Source: Felis catus
Lineage: Eukaryota
Reading direction: 5' to 3'
DNA: 64,000 bases
Assembly: GCF_018350175.1 (NCBI RefSeq)
Contig: NC_058368.1
Span: 161,822,001 to 161,886,000 of the forward strand
The notes below the pieces were generated by a model. It was not told the DNA's origin, made no database searches, and saw only the letters and a program-made list of their open reading frames with translations. Positions 39,106-50,640 of the stretch are shown here, piece by piece (positions within the stretch are counted from its first letter, which is position 1; every line of letters begins with the position of its first letter). The position numbers and the translations under genes were made by a program.

Positions 39106-42100
39106 AAATTCTTTATGAAAATTACTTAACAAGGAAACAGCCACAGCCTACAGCAAACAACAAAACAAACACTGAAGAAGAGGAGAATATGATTTCTAGA
39201 GTCTCCATATTAAAATACTCAAATTTCTAGTTTAAACAAAAAATATGAATAATGAAGAATGAAGAATATATGGCCCATATACAGAAGAAACTGTTCCTGA
39301 AGGAAGATAGATCAGAATTATTATACAAAAACGTTAAATCAATGTCTTAAATATGTTCAAAGAGCTAAGGAGATCCTAGATAAAGATGTATAGGCAACAG
39401 GAAGGAAAATGTATGATCAAATAGAGAACATCAATAAAGAGAAAGCAAATCAAATAGAATTTCTGGGCCTTAAAAGTTTGACAAATGAAATTCACTACTA
39501 GAGGATTTCAATAGCCAATGTGAGCAGACAGAATAAAGAATCAGTGACTTGATGATGGTGAATTGAAATTATCTGGTCTTGGGAACAGAAAGAAAATATA
39601 AAAATGATGAATAAAGACTTGTGAGATACTGTTAGTGAATGAAGAGTAGCATAATCACAATCCCAGAAGGAAAGAAGAGAAAGAGTAGGGTAGAAAGAAT
39701 ATTCCAAGAAATGACTAAGATATGATCAAAGACATGTATCTATTCTTCAGTAAGCTAAATGAAATCCAAAAAGGATAAATACAAAGAGATCCATGCCAAG
39801 GTACATTATAATCAAATTATTGACGGTCAAGGACAAAAGAAGAAGCAGTGTGAGAACAGTGACTCATCATGTACTGGGGTGGGGGATGGGGCATGGGGGG
39901 TGGGTGGAATCCTTAATAAGATTAATTGCAGATTTCTCATCAGAAGCCATGGAGGCTAGAAAGGAGTGGGATGGAATGCTTAAAGTGTTGAAAATAAAGT
40001 AGGAAAAAAGAACTGTCAAGAATTCTGTATGTGGCCAAACTATCCTTCAAAAATGAAGATGAAATTAAGACATCCAGATTAAAGAAAAAAAAAAGCTGAA
40101 GGAATTCCTTGCAAGTAGACCTGTCCTACAAGAAATGCTAAAGTTTGTCCTGTAGACTTAAACGAAAGGATAATAGACAGTAATTTGAAGCCATATAAAG
40201 AAATAAAGAACTCTGGTAAATGTAATTACATAATAAATATAAAGTCTGGTATTATTGTGTTTTTGGTTTGTAACTGTTTTCTTTATTTTCTACATAATGT
40301 AAATGATTAATACATAAACTACTGTTATAAATCTATGATAATGTGAAAGTAATATATAAAGATGTAATTTGTGACAGCAACAGCATAAAGAGGTATGTGC
40401 ACAAGGTCATGGGTAAATATTAAATACATATTACCAAGTTCAAGAAGACAATCTGAAAAGCCTTCTGTATGACTCCAACTATATGACATCTTGGAAAAGG
40501 CAAAACTATTGAGACAAGAAAAAGGATCAGTGGTTGCTAGGTGTTAGGGAGGAGAGAAGGATAAATTAGTGGAGCATAAAACATTTTTATGCAGTGGAAC
40601 TACTCTGTACAATATTATAATGTTGGGTACTTGTCATTATACATTTATCAAAACTCATAGAGATACAACACCAGGAGAGAACTCTAATGTAAACTATGGA
40701 TTTTGGGTGATGGTGATATGCCAGTATGGGTTGATAAATTGTAACAAGGGTACTGTTCTGGTGGGGGATTTTGACAGTGAGAGAGCCTGCATCTATGTGG
40801 ACAACCGGGACAATGGGAAATCTCTACACCTTCTGCTCAATTTTGCTATGAACTTAAAACTGCCCTAAAATATAAAGTCTATTAAAAAATGTATGACATA
40901 AAGCCAAAACAATGTTTTAAAAAATTGAACTAAAACTACAGAGGCAAATAATGATTATATTTTAATAAGAGATTTGTCACTTGTTTTTGGTAGCAAAAAG
41001 TGAGGGATTTCATGGAGGCCAAGGTAAAGGAGAAGAAACCACACAGAGCAAATAAAAATCTCTCACAGAAAAAGATGATGTCTTATATTCACCCCAGGGC
41101 AACCAAGTGAAAGCATATAATGCAGCCTCCCTGGTTTCAATTCTGAAGGCCAAACATAGATATCCCATTGGGAGAGAAATGAAACAATCTCGCCTTGCCC
41201 TGCTGTGAGCCTTCTCTCTGTAAAACCAACATCAAGTTGTAATTAGAAGTACCCTAGGTTGGATGACTTTGAAAATAGGGCCCTTCTTCCATAGCAGCAC
41301 AAAAGGCACTCTTTCCATGAGTATACCTTGGAAATAGCATATTCTCAATAAGCACCACAGCAACATGCACCCTATCCTTGTATCCAAGAAATCAAATAGT
41401 TTCTAAGTGGTTGCTAACAAGCCAGCAGTAATTTTTATTTTTGTCTAACATCATGTAAGAGTGGAGGGATTTGAAGGTATAACCTTTGGTGTTTACAACA
41501 ACGATTTCTTTTCTAGATATAAGTGCTTACTTGGTCATTATAATAGCTGTATGCTTAAGAAAATGTAAAAATACATAAGGAAAAAGCTGACAGTTCTCTT
41601 TCTCTTAGATTTACACAGCTGGTTCTTAGAGCAGCAGTGGACCTCTTGCATCAATTTGAAAGTTGATTTCAATCAACATTGATTGCCCAGTCTGGACCAT
41701 TAAGCGCATAAGCTGATTTCAGAGAAATGAAATATGATGGATGTAGAAATCAGAGTGGGAAAACTCAAGAACAACAGGAAGAAATCAAGGGTCCTAAAGT
41801 AAACAAACCCATTTACAACTCTTTACTAATTAGCATTTTTTTTTCTTTTAAGTTCAGCAGTTTTGTTGATTGTTCTTTTCTTCTTTACAGAATCTGAATC
41901 TAGAGAATCTGAAATGCAATGCTTCCTAAGAACTATATAATGGTAAAGAAATTCATAGCATTCCTGGTAACATTCCCCATAATTCAAGTTCTGAGTACAC
42001 AGGGAAGCAAGAGGAGGCAGTACAGGGAAACCCACAGAGGGAAGAGGGAACACTTAGACATTTGGGGGCCAGTGAAATTTTGTTCACTTTAGGATAATGC

Positions 42101-43458
42101 TTTCATTTCCCTCATAATCTGAAATTTAAATATTCTTTTTAAAGCCAGTCAAGTATCTTCCTTACTTATGTACTTAGTTTTCTTCAAACAATAGCGTACA
42201 ACTGTTTAGCGATCCCTGAAACCCATCACCCTTTCATTAACAATCAATAACAACAAAAATAGAAATAGAAGGCTTTAGGCATTTAGAATTTAAGTGAGTT
42301 TACAATGAGATTAAATGTACGTGTTATACCAGTTACCCTACATATTTTATCCTGTTCCCACACAAGCTTAAAACGGCAACAGAGAAAGAGAATGAGGGTC
42401 CACAAATTAGGTAAAAGGCAGGGAAGACAAAGAGAAAGATATTTAAAAAGAAAGAGTTTTCAGCAGTTTGCATGGCAGTCTTCATATTTTTCCAATGGAA
42501 CAGAAAGCTATCTACTATTTTAATATATACAAGAAGTAAAAGGCAAGTCTCAAAGAGCTTGAAAACTATTTAGTGGTTTACAAGAAGTCATTTTCAGTAC
42601 TTTTATTTCTGTGTTACAGGCTGTTATATCCTTCTGGATATTTCCCTCACTTCATCAGAAGAGACAGGGATTCTTTATTTCCATGTTAATATTCTGTTCT
42701 TAATAGCCTGTTTATATTCCTCAGATCTATAAATGTCCTCAACCTTTCATTCCTTATTTCAGTAATATGGAGCACATATATTTAACTAAAGCCATAACTT
42801 TAATCTTTATGTTGCACAATTATAACACAGTTTTGGTTTAATGAATTATAAAATCTTGAATAGCATAAGGTATAGGCAGGCTTATTTTTGCAAAATGTAT
42901 TTGTGACTCTTCACTGAACATTTAAAATATGGATTCAAAAATTGTAGTGGGATTGCAGTTTACTGAAATGAACTCAGATATATACAGAAAAAGAAAATTT
43001 TCTTTCCTTAAGAGCTGTGCCGATCTCTTTTATAAGCCATCACAGAGCTCTATCAGTAGAGAAATGAGTCTTTACCATTTTAAATAATCTTTTGATTGAA
43101 ATATTCTTCTTTCATTATAAATGATTCTTTTGGATAACTAGATATGTAGTTAATCCTTCAGAGTTCCATCGTTTCCGTTTCTTCCAAAATGACAGATAGA
43201 TATATTAAGTGAATCACATGACTAGTGATTGGTCCTGACTATAGCCTGGGATTAAGTGGAGGGGATGCCAGTCAAAGCATCTACACCTGCCCTCTCCACA
43301 TTGTCCTGGATTCCTTTCAATTAGGTGACTGTGTACAAAGTTTAAATATTCTAAGAGGGAAATGGGAAGGTAAAAGTGGCTTTGCTTTTTTGAAACTATC
43401 TTTGCAATTCATCAATCATCGTTTACATGACATTGATTAATTAGAAATAAGTCATTAA

Positions 43459-43672
43459 GGGGCGCCTGGGTGGCGCAGTCGGTTAAGCGTCCGACTTCAG
43501 CCAGGTCACGATCTCGCGGTCCGTGAGTTTGAGCCCCGCGTCAGGCTCTGGGCTGATGGCTCAGAGCCTGGAGTCTGTTTCCGATTCTGTGTCTCCCTCT
43601 CTCTCTGCCCCTCCCCCGTTCATGCTCTGTCTCTCTCTGTCCCAAAAATAAATAAACGTTGAAAAAAAAAAA
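43459..43672 (+). mobile_element. Very young feline SINE (SINEC_Fc)
   Basis: CpG-rich: ggggcgcctgggtggcgcagtcggttaagcgtccgac...gatctcgcggtccgtgag; perfect TSD agaaataagtcattaagg. Confidence 0.98.
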
Positions 43673-43704
43673 AGAAATAAGTCATTAAGGCCAGGTCATA
43701 TTTT

Positions 43705-43918
43705 TTTAATTTTTTAATGTTTATTTTTTTATTTTTGAGAGCAAGAGAGAGCACACGTGACAGAGGGGTAGAGAGAGAGGGAGACACAGAATGTGAAGCA
43801 GGCTCCAGGCTCTGAGCTGTCAGCAGAGAGCCCAATGCGGGACTCAAACCCATGAACTGTGAGATCATGACCCGAGCCAAAGTCAGACCCTCAACCGACT
43901 GAGCCACCCAGGCACCCC
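43705..43918 (-). mobile_element. SINEC_Fc-like SINE
   Basis: Reverse SINE; TSD agg(c/t)caggtcatatttt. Confidence 0.96.
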
Positions 43919-44534
43919 AGGTCAGGTCATATTTTAAAGAAGGGAAATTAGAATCCATCTTTTGATGGAGAGAAATGCCAATGAGTTTGCCATAATCTGC
44001 CATCTATTTCTATTCTTCCCACATGTGAAGTTTACTAACCCATCTCTCGTGACCCCAGGAAAGTCTCATTTATTATGGAATAATGTTCAGCTTAAAGCTC
44101 AACATTTCATCATCTAAATTTATCCAGATGTAGATGAGTCTTTTCAGGTACAATACCTTCAGTGTAGCCCCTCCAGAACAATCCCCCTGTGTCTGAAGAC
44201 CTGGTAAGTTTAAAGACAAATGATGTACTCCTTTGCAGCACCACCACCTCCTGCCACTGCTCCCCCCCAACCCCGGCCAAATAATATTAAGATGGTGAGG
44301 TTGGCCTAGGATTGGCTATTATGGACCATCCCATTCAAAAAGGGGAACACCCACAGATTATATACATACAACAAATTTAAAATCCAGCCAAGACCATGCT
44401 GCATGCTTTTTGATTAGGGCTCAATTCTATGGCCTGGGAGTGATTCTGGATGGCTCTTGGATGCACCTTCAAGTTCTTGATTGTACTGTCTGCATTCTCA
44501 TTTCTTTTCCATTAGAAATGATTAGTATTTGCAT

Positions 44535-44736
44535 GGGTCACCTGGGTGGCTCAGTGGGTTGAGCATCTGACTTCCTTTCCGGTCATATCTCATGGTTAGT
44601 GGGCTTGAGCCCCACATCAGGCTCATTGCTGTCAGCCTGTCAGTGCAGAGTCTGCTTCAGATCCTCTGTCCCCTTCTCTATGCCCCTCCCCCACCTGTGT
44701 GCTCCCCCAAATAAATACATCTTTAGAAAAAAAAAA
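44535..44736 (+). mobile_element. SINEC SINE within MaLR internal
   Basis: TSD agaaatgattag(t/g)atttg. Confidence 0.95.
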
Positions 44737-44961
44737 AGAAATGATTAGGATTTGGAGTTGAACAGTTTGCTCAGCATGTGCCACGCCCATACTAGTTAAA
44801 GGTCAATAGACTATTTTGTTTTGCCTCTGTCTTAGTTCAAGCTGGTAATGTTTCACCAATATGTTCTCTCAAAATTTTTGCAGGTTTTATGTATCAATAG
44901 CATTTGTTCCCGCAAACAAAAGCTGCACTCACCAATCTCATCAACATAAGTTCATTCCTAT

Positions 44962-45476
44962 TGTTAAAAAGTAAACTGAGGTGCATTAAAATGTTTAGAG
45001 TTTCCATGGCTCTTGAATTTGAGCCCTGAGTCTAGCTCTGTGCTGACAGCTTGGAACCTGGGATCTGCTTTGGATTCTGTGTCTCCCTCTCTCTCTGCCC
45101 CTCCCCTGCTCACACACCCTCTCTCTCTCTCTCCCAAAAATAAACATTAAAAAAAACATAAAAAATAAACATTCAAATAAAACATTGATTTGAATTGGGC
45201 AGTGCCCAACAGAAAGTGGTTAGAGGTGCTCCACTGACAAGAGCTAGAAACAAGTTTGCTATAGAGAACACACAGAAGCAAAACAAAGCAATTATTTGAT
45301 TCGTTCTAGTGTAAGCAGTCGCCTTATTTGAGACAGCCTTGTTGGCTACGATTGGTTGTTCTTAATTTTCACTTTCTTGGATTTGAGCATATTGACTCTG
45401 ACTTACGTTTGCTTATATAGGCTACCAAGATGTTAGAGTCACTTGTCTAACGGCCTCCTTGTTTAATTCTTTAACA
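44962..45476 (-). mobile_element. MER93-like ERV1 solo LTR nested in the MaLR
   Basis: tgttaa...ttaaca termini; perfect 4-bp TSD CTAT (44958-44961, 45477-45480); motifs gattggtt and gtttgcttatatagg. Confidence 0.85.
45006..45170 (+). mobile_element. 5'-truncated SINEC_Fc inside the MER93-like LTR
   Basis: tttgagccc...ctctgtgctgacagc...gattctgtgtctccctctctc plus A tail; head missing, no clear TSD. Confidence 0.9.
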
Positions 45477-46154
45477 CTATCTTTGGCTTCCTGTACGGTT
45501 GTGAGGACAGGCCCTATTACGTAATAAAGAACATGAGTGGGACATGGCAGTAAGATGTTTAGAGCGACTGTTGTCTATTTGAAACCACAATAAGTACTAT
45601 TTGAAACCACAAGACTTACGGTGTTGCCCTGAGAATCTTCTGTAGACTGTATTTTCCTGATAATGCCTTGAATTTGATATCAGCTCAAAAAACATTTTTA
45701 ATTTTTTAGAATCATTTGCTAACTGCAGAGTATGTAGATGCCAAATGGTTTTATTGTCAAACCAAAACCTGAGAGTTCTGTTTCCTTTATGCAAAAAAAA
45801 AAAGTTTTCTTTATGCTGTCTTCTTTTATGTTTTAATGTGAGCAACTAGAAGAAACCAGATGGCAACTTTAACACTCTATCTGGAATATTCTTAATTAGA
45901 TCATCAAGTTCATTTTTTTTTTAGTTTTTCATGTTAACAAAGGTGACTATCATTAAACTTCCCACCTTCCAATAACATTTTTCTCATGTTCCTTTTGTCT
46001 CCCAACAACATCCTTCTTAAGGGCCACCAAGCCTCTGTTCACAGTGTCTGTGACTCTCAGTGTCCTTTTAGTTTCTCCCACCACCTGGGCCTAAGCCACT
46101 CTCTCCCATTCAAAGTGTTTTGCTATTATAGCACCACTCCTGGTAACTAAATTC

Positions 46155-46877
46155 ATTCTGGGTATGTATTTCTGTGAGGCAAACTAATGCAATATTGAGA
46201 ATTTGGAGGAATTATTTTTAAATCTTTAAAAACTGTTTATTTTTTTAGGGATAGAGAGACAGAGCACAAGCAGGAGTGGGGGGAGAGAAAGAGGGAGACA
46301 CGGAATCCAAAGCAGGATCCAGGCTCTAACCTGTCAACACAGAGCCCAACGTGGGGCTCAAACCCACAAACCGTGAGATCATGACCCGAGCTGAAGTCTG
46401 GCGCTTAACTGACTGAGCCACCCAGGTGCCCCATTTGCTTTTTTAAAATCACAGATCTCCAATTTGAGCAGGGCTTTGAGGATACAGCTTATTTTGCTTC
46501 CTTCAGCATTAGGTTGAAATTACTGGATGCTAGAAGATGGATGCAGGAATGATCTGAAGCCTGATTCATCACGTATCTCCTGGTCGATGTTGGCTCTAAA
46601 TTATTAACAAAGCTTGTACTACATTGTAATATGACACGTGACCTCTCTGTGTGGCTTGGGCACCTTGCAACATGGTTGGGTTGCCAACATGAATGTCCTA
46701 AAAGAAAGAATTAGACCTTTCCTAATCTAGTATCAACAGTCAAACAGTTTCTCTTTGGTTAATTCTACTTATTAGCAGAGGTTCACACAGGCTAGCCTAT
46801 ATTTAAGTGGAAGAAAAATAAATTCCACTATCTGATAGACAAATATAAAGGAGTTTGCAGGCATGTTTTAAAACCAG
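46155..46877 (-). mobile_element. MLT1F/G-like LTR, 5' LTR of the MaLR provirus
   Basis: acgtgacctctctgtgtggcttggg...ggagtttgcaggcatgttttaaaacca (reverse of the tggttttaaaacatg start). Confidence 0.8.
46213..46432 (-). mobile_element. SINEC_Fc-like SINE within LTR
   Basis: Reverse SINE ending gagccacccaggtgcccc. Confidence 0.95.
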
Positions 46878-47444
46878 ACTCCTAATCGTGACTGTAATAT
46901 AATTTTCTCTTTTATACTTCCAGTCCTGGTTCTTGCTGGGCTAAGTAGCATAAAACATTTAGATAATACTTCTCTCCATTAAATATTACTTTTGAGACTA
47001 TTCAAATATCTCTTTTTTATGTAATCAAATTTAAAATTTGACCCATTCTCTCTTTTTCTATATCTGCCATAACAACTAAAATAATGGCAGCACACCTCCT
47101 GAAGAAGATAAACGATGATACTCAGAGAGATGATCAAGTAACAGCAATGAAAGGGTAAATCCATGTTCATATATTTCAATTTATTTTTCCTGTTACAGTT
47201 CAAGAATAACTCTTAAAAATATGACAGAGAGAATAAAAGCAGGGATAGACAAATGAATGTCAGAATCTGTGGAAAGATGTTTTCCTGGACTCCATGGTGT
47301 CCACACACATGGAGAGTTGGGATACTACTTTGAATCCCAGAAACTGGTTTTAAGACCCTCTTTTAAGATACTGTAAAAATGACAATGGGAAGCAGGTAAA
47401 GGGATGAATATATAGATCTTTGAAACCCAAGTAAAAGTTCAAAA

Positions 47445-48115
47445 TTGGTCTAATGCATATAGTAAAGGTGTCAATGCAATTTTTGTGGGGGAAGGAAAGG
47501 TGTTTTTTTTTTTTTCCCAACAAATGTTACTGGAACAACTAGATAGCCCATACTGCAAAAATAAACTTTGATCTCCTTCAAGTCACACACACACCCACCC
47601 ACAATGATGGCAGATAAAATATAACTCTAAAAGCTAAAATCATAAGGCCTCTTAAACATATGAATATATTTGTGAATTTGTGTTCAGAATTTCTTAAATA
47701 AAATGGTAAAAGCATTAGCCATAAAGAAAAATAATTAGATCTGATTAACATTAAAAACAACTGGTTATTCATGAAGACTGTAGCTAACAGTATGGTTTTG
47801 TATATTTGGAAGTTGCTAAGAGTATAGATCTTAAGAGTCACCACAAGAAAAAAAATTGTAACTTCGTGATGGGATGTAGGTTAACTAAATTTATTGTGGT
47901 AATTATTTTACAACATATATCATAATTTATATTGTATAAATTAAACATATGAAATGTTATATGTCAGTTATATCAATAAAACTGGAGAAAAACTGAAAAA
48001 ATTAAAAAAAAATTAAAACTGGTTATTGAATGACTGCATTAATAAAATGAAAACGTAAGCCATATTTATAATCCATGTGCATGACTGACAGTGAACTTGT
48101 ATTCAGAATGTATAC
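47445..48115 (+). mobile_element. Old L1M ORF2 fragment, interrupted
   Basis: aaaggtgtcaatgcaatt...caacaaatgttactggaacaactagatagcc...aaaagcattagccataaagaaaa. Confidence 0.7.
47770..48016 (+). mobile_element. L1MA9-like 3' end inserted into the older L1
   Basis: tatttggaagttgctaagagtatagatcttaa...gttatatgtcagttatatcaataaaactgg; TSD aactggttatt at 47759-47769 and 48017-48027. Confidence 0.87.
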
Positions 48116-48124
48116 TGTCGATCA

Positions 48125-48365
48125 CAGTTCAGGCTTCCCACCCCAGCACTAGTTCCCATGAAGGTTTTTACTCCTGCGTTTCTTCTCTAGTAAGTTATTT
48201 TTCTCAGTATGTGCCAGTTTTCCTCCAATTTTGAGGGCAGTGTTTTTCCCTGTAACTTCACTTCAGTGATGGATCTAAGAAGAGTTGTTGATTTTCTAGT
48301 TTCTTCAACTTTTTACTTCTTAAGATGGAATAACAACTTCTAAACTCTGCATGCCAGGCCAAAAG
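48125..48365 (-). mobile_element. L1M 5'UTR terminal fragment
   Basis: ctccaattttgagggcagtg...gatggatctaagaagagttgttgatttt...tttttactt is the reverse of an L1MC/MD-type 5' end. Confidence 0.7.
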
Positions 48366-48881
48366 GTCTTATATTTTATTAGGTAAAATTTTTACTGCTG
48401 CTTCTAAAAACAAAAAATCAAACTAAACAAAAACAAAAACCTCTTGTCCTTTCTGCTCTTACTGCCCAGTGAACAATTATTATTTTGTTTTCTTATGACT
48501 ACAATGATTTTTGTTTTTAATTTGTGAAGGTTGGTTTATTTCTCCTGGCTAAAACCACTAAGTTACTTATATTTCATCAATAGCCAAAATGTGTGCTTAT
48601 AACAATTAAAAAATATATATAGTATATATCACTAAAAAATACTAATTCTGTGATATAAGGAATCAAAGTTGAACTTTAATAAAATTATTAGTAGTAATCT
48701 CAGTTTATATTCTGACAGATAATAACATTGGTCATAAACTAATGCAACTCTTTTTAAAACCCCATTACTATCAGGGCCCCTGGGCTGCTCAGTCAGATAC
48801 AATTGCCTCTGTGCTACATTCCCTTATATTTTTAAGTTTTAATACAGTTGTACTGTATTACTAAATATGAAAATAAGCTAC

Positions 48882-49090
48882 GAGACACCTGTGGCTTAAT
48901 CAGGTGAGTATATGGCTCTTGATTTTGGCTCAGATCATCATCCAAGGGTCAGTGGGATTGAGCCTCTTATCAGGCTTTGTACTGAGTGTGGAGCCTGCTT
49001 AAAATTCTCTCTCAATCTCTCTCCATCTCCCTCTGTTCTCCTCTGCTGAGGTGCTCTCTCTCTCTCTCTCTGTGAATTAAAAAATAAAAT
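48882..49090 (+). mobile_element. Older diverged SINEC
   Basis: ctcttgattttggctcagatca...gagcctgcttaaaattctctctc, (CT)n, A tail; flanks aaaataag. Confidence 0.88.
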
Positions 49091-49099
49091 AAAATAAGT

Positions 49100-49310
49100 C
49101 TCATTTGTATAGTACCATAAGTTTGTATGGTGCTTTCAAATGCATTTTCTAATGTATTTCTCACATTAAATCTATAGTTTGTTTTGGAATTTCCACCTCA
49201 ATTTGGAATTTCCTCCTCAGATAAACTGAGGATCTGAAAAGTGAACTAACCTACGTTAGGTCTCAGAGCTCCTAAAATTTAGATATTTTATCTCAATATT
49301 CTGATGATCT
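49100..49310 (-). mobile_element. MIR fragment
   Basis: catttgtatagtac...tgctttcaaatgcatt...cagataaactgagg. Confidence 0.55.
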
Positions 49311-50219
49311 GACTTCTGCAGATCTTTATTTCCCCTGTCAACTTAATGTTTTGTATGTAAAGACTTTCCTTTCAGTTAGATAAATGGGTGTTTCCATGGA
49401 ATATAAGAGGGAACCCATGAAAGACTTTGACGTTTTATATATTTTCTATCACCCCTGACTGGAGCTTATTCCATTATTGGCAAATGTGCAGTTGAATAAA
49501 TTAATTGTTCCATAAATCCCTTGTTAAGTCACTTGGCAAAGAACCTTTATCAATTTGATTCCTCTAAGTTGATAGGAATCAGTTACTAATTTAGCAATGA
49601 TTTGAAAGACTGGGTTATAGGACATGTATGTTATGATAGAAAGGAATAAAGTTAGGTCAGGATTTGGGGCTAGTACTATCAAAGTGAAGTTTTGTGAAAG
49701 AGGCACCTGAAAAACATCAAGCTCTGGTCAGGAGGAGAAAAATTAATGAAAAGCATGGGAAAGAATGTTGAGGATAATATATATAGACCTTAAAATTCTG
49801 CCTAGTATTAACCTAGGTGAGTGCACATATACAAACGCAAATATATTTGATTTATATTTTTATATTCTGTATCTGTGTATGATTAATATATTAATATATA
49901 ATGTATACATTTTATATGAATTTACAGATAATTATATGCCATTTATGTATTACATATTTTTATAAGCATTAAAGGGACAGTATTTACTCTGTGGTAGAAT
50001 TTTTTGCAAACATTTTGAAATTGAATAAGATGGTGAGAGGTTGGAAATGGAAAAACCTCTAAAAAGTTTATTTAGCCTTATCATTTTCTAGAGAAGGACA
50101 TGAGTACGCCAAATACAGCCAAGTAAATGTTTCAAGGTGAGAGATAGGATAAAAGCCAAGAATTATTTTACTGACATTTGCAATCTATTCTGGCTTCATT
50201 GAACTATTCACTTATGAAT

Positions 50220-50404
50220 GGTTCATGCTTTTCATATTTCTCTGTCCTTGCACTTGCCTCAACCTCAAATGAATGGTCCTCATTGGCATCTATTTATTCT
50301 TCAATATTTAGTTTAAGTATCACCCGCAAAAGGCTTTCTGATCCCTGTTCCCTCTATCTGAATGGAAGAGTCCCTCCAACATCTAATTTTGACAATGTGT
50401 GTGT

Positions 50405-50448
<44 letters not shown>

Positions 50449-50640
50449 ATTGTCTACCTATATTTATCTAACATCTATATCTCTATTTGCCTTTTACTTT
50501 TCTGTTTTTCATAACTTAGTTCAATTCTTCAAGAAGTGGAACTATATCCTAGTCATGTTTATAGCCTTTGTGCCTTCTCTGTGCTTAAAATGCATAGTGC
50601 ATACTTAATAAATATTTGTTGAAAAACAATTAAATGAATA
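50220..50640 (+). mobile_element. L2 3' end interrupted by (TATC)n
   Basis: ccttgcacttgc...catagtgcatacttaataaatatttgttgaa...aatgaa, the canonical L2 terminus. Confidence 0.75.
50406..50448. repeat. (CTAT)n tetranucleotide repeat
   Basis: About 10 units. Confidence 0.96.

Larger units (their letters stand above)
38300..40889 (+). mobile_element. Old L1 (L1MCa-like 5' region/ORF1 joined to an L1MC1-like 3' end), ORF2 essentially absent
   Basis: ORF1 relic: track ORF 39793-40002 MPRYIIIKLL...IRLIADFSSEAMEARKEWDGMLKVLK. 3'UTR about 40420-40889 ends ttgctatgaacttaaaactgccctaaaatataaagtctattaaaaaa. 5' boundary approximate. Confidence 0.87.
43195..44002 (-). mobile_element. MLT1 (F/G/H-like) LTR, 3' LTR of a MaLR provirus, split by two SINEs
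   Basis: ctacacctgccctctcca; aagtcattaaggccagg...aagggaaattagaatccatcttttgatgggag...taatctgcca; left boundary uncertain. Confidence 0.7.
44003..46154 (-). mobile_element. MaLR (MLT1) internal sequence
   Basis: catcatctaaat..atccagatgtagatgag, ctgaagacctg, cccattcaaaaagggg, tccaataacattttt. The reverse complement of its right end, gaatttagttaccaggagtggtgcta, matches the MaLR internal 5' start. Confidence 0.78.

Noticed and set aside
43459..43540. tRNA-like A/B box sequence as a tRNA gene
   Set aside because: It is the tRNA-derived head of a carnivore SINE, followed by (CT)n, poly-A and a TSD
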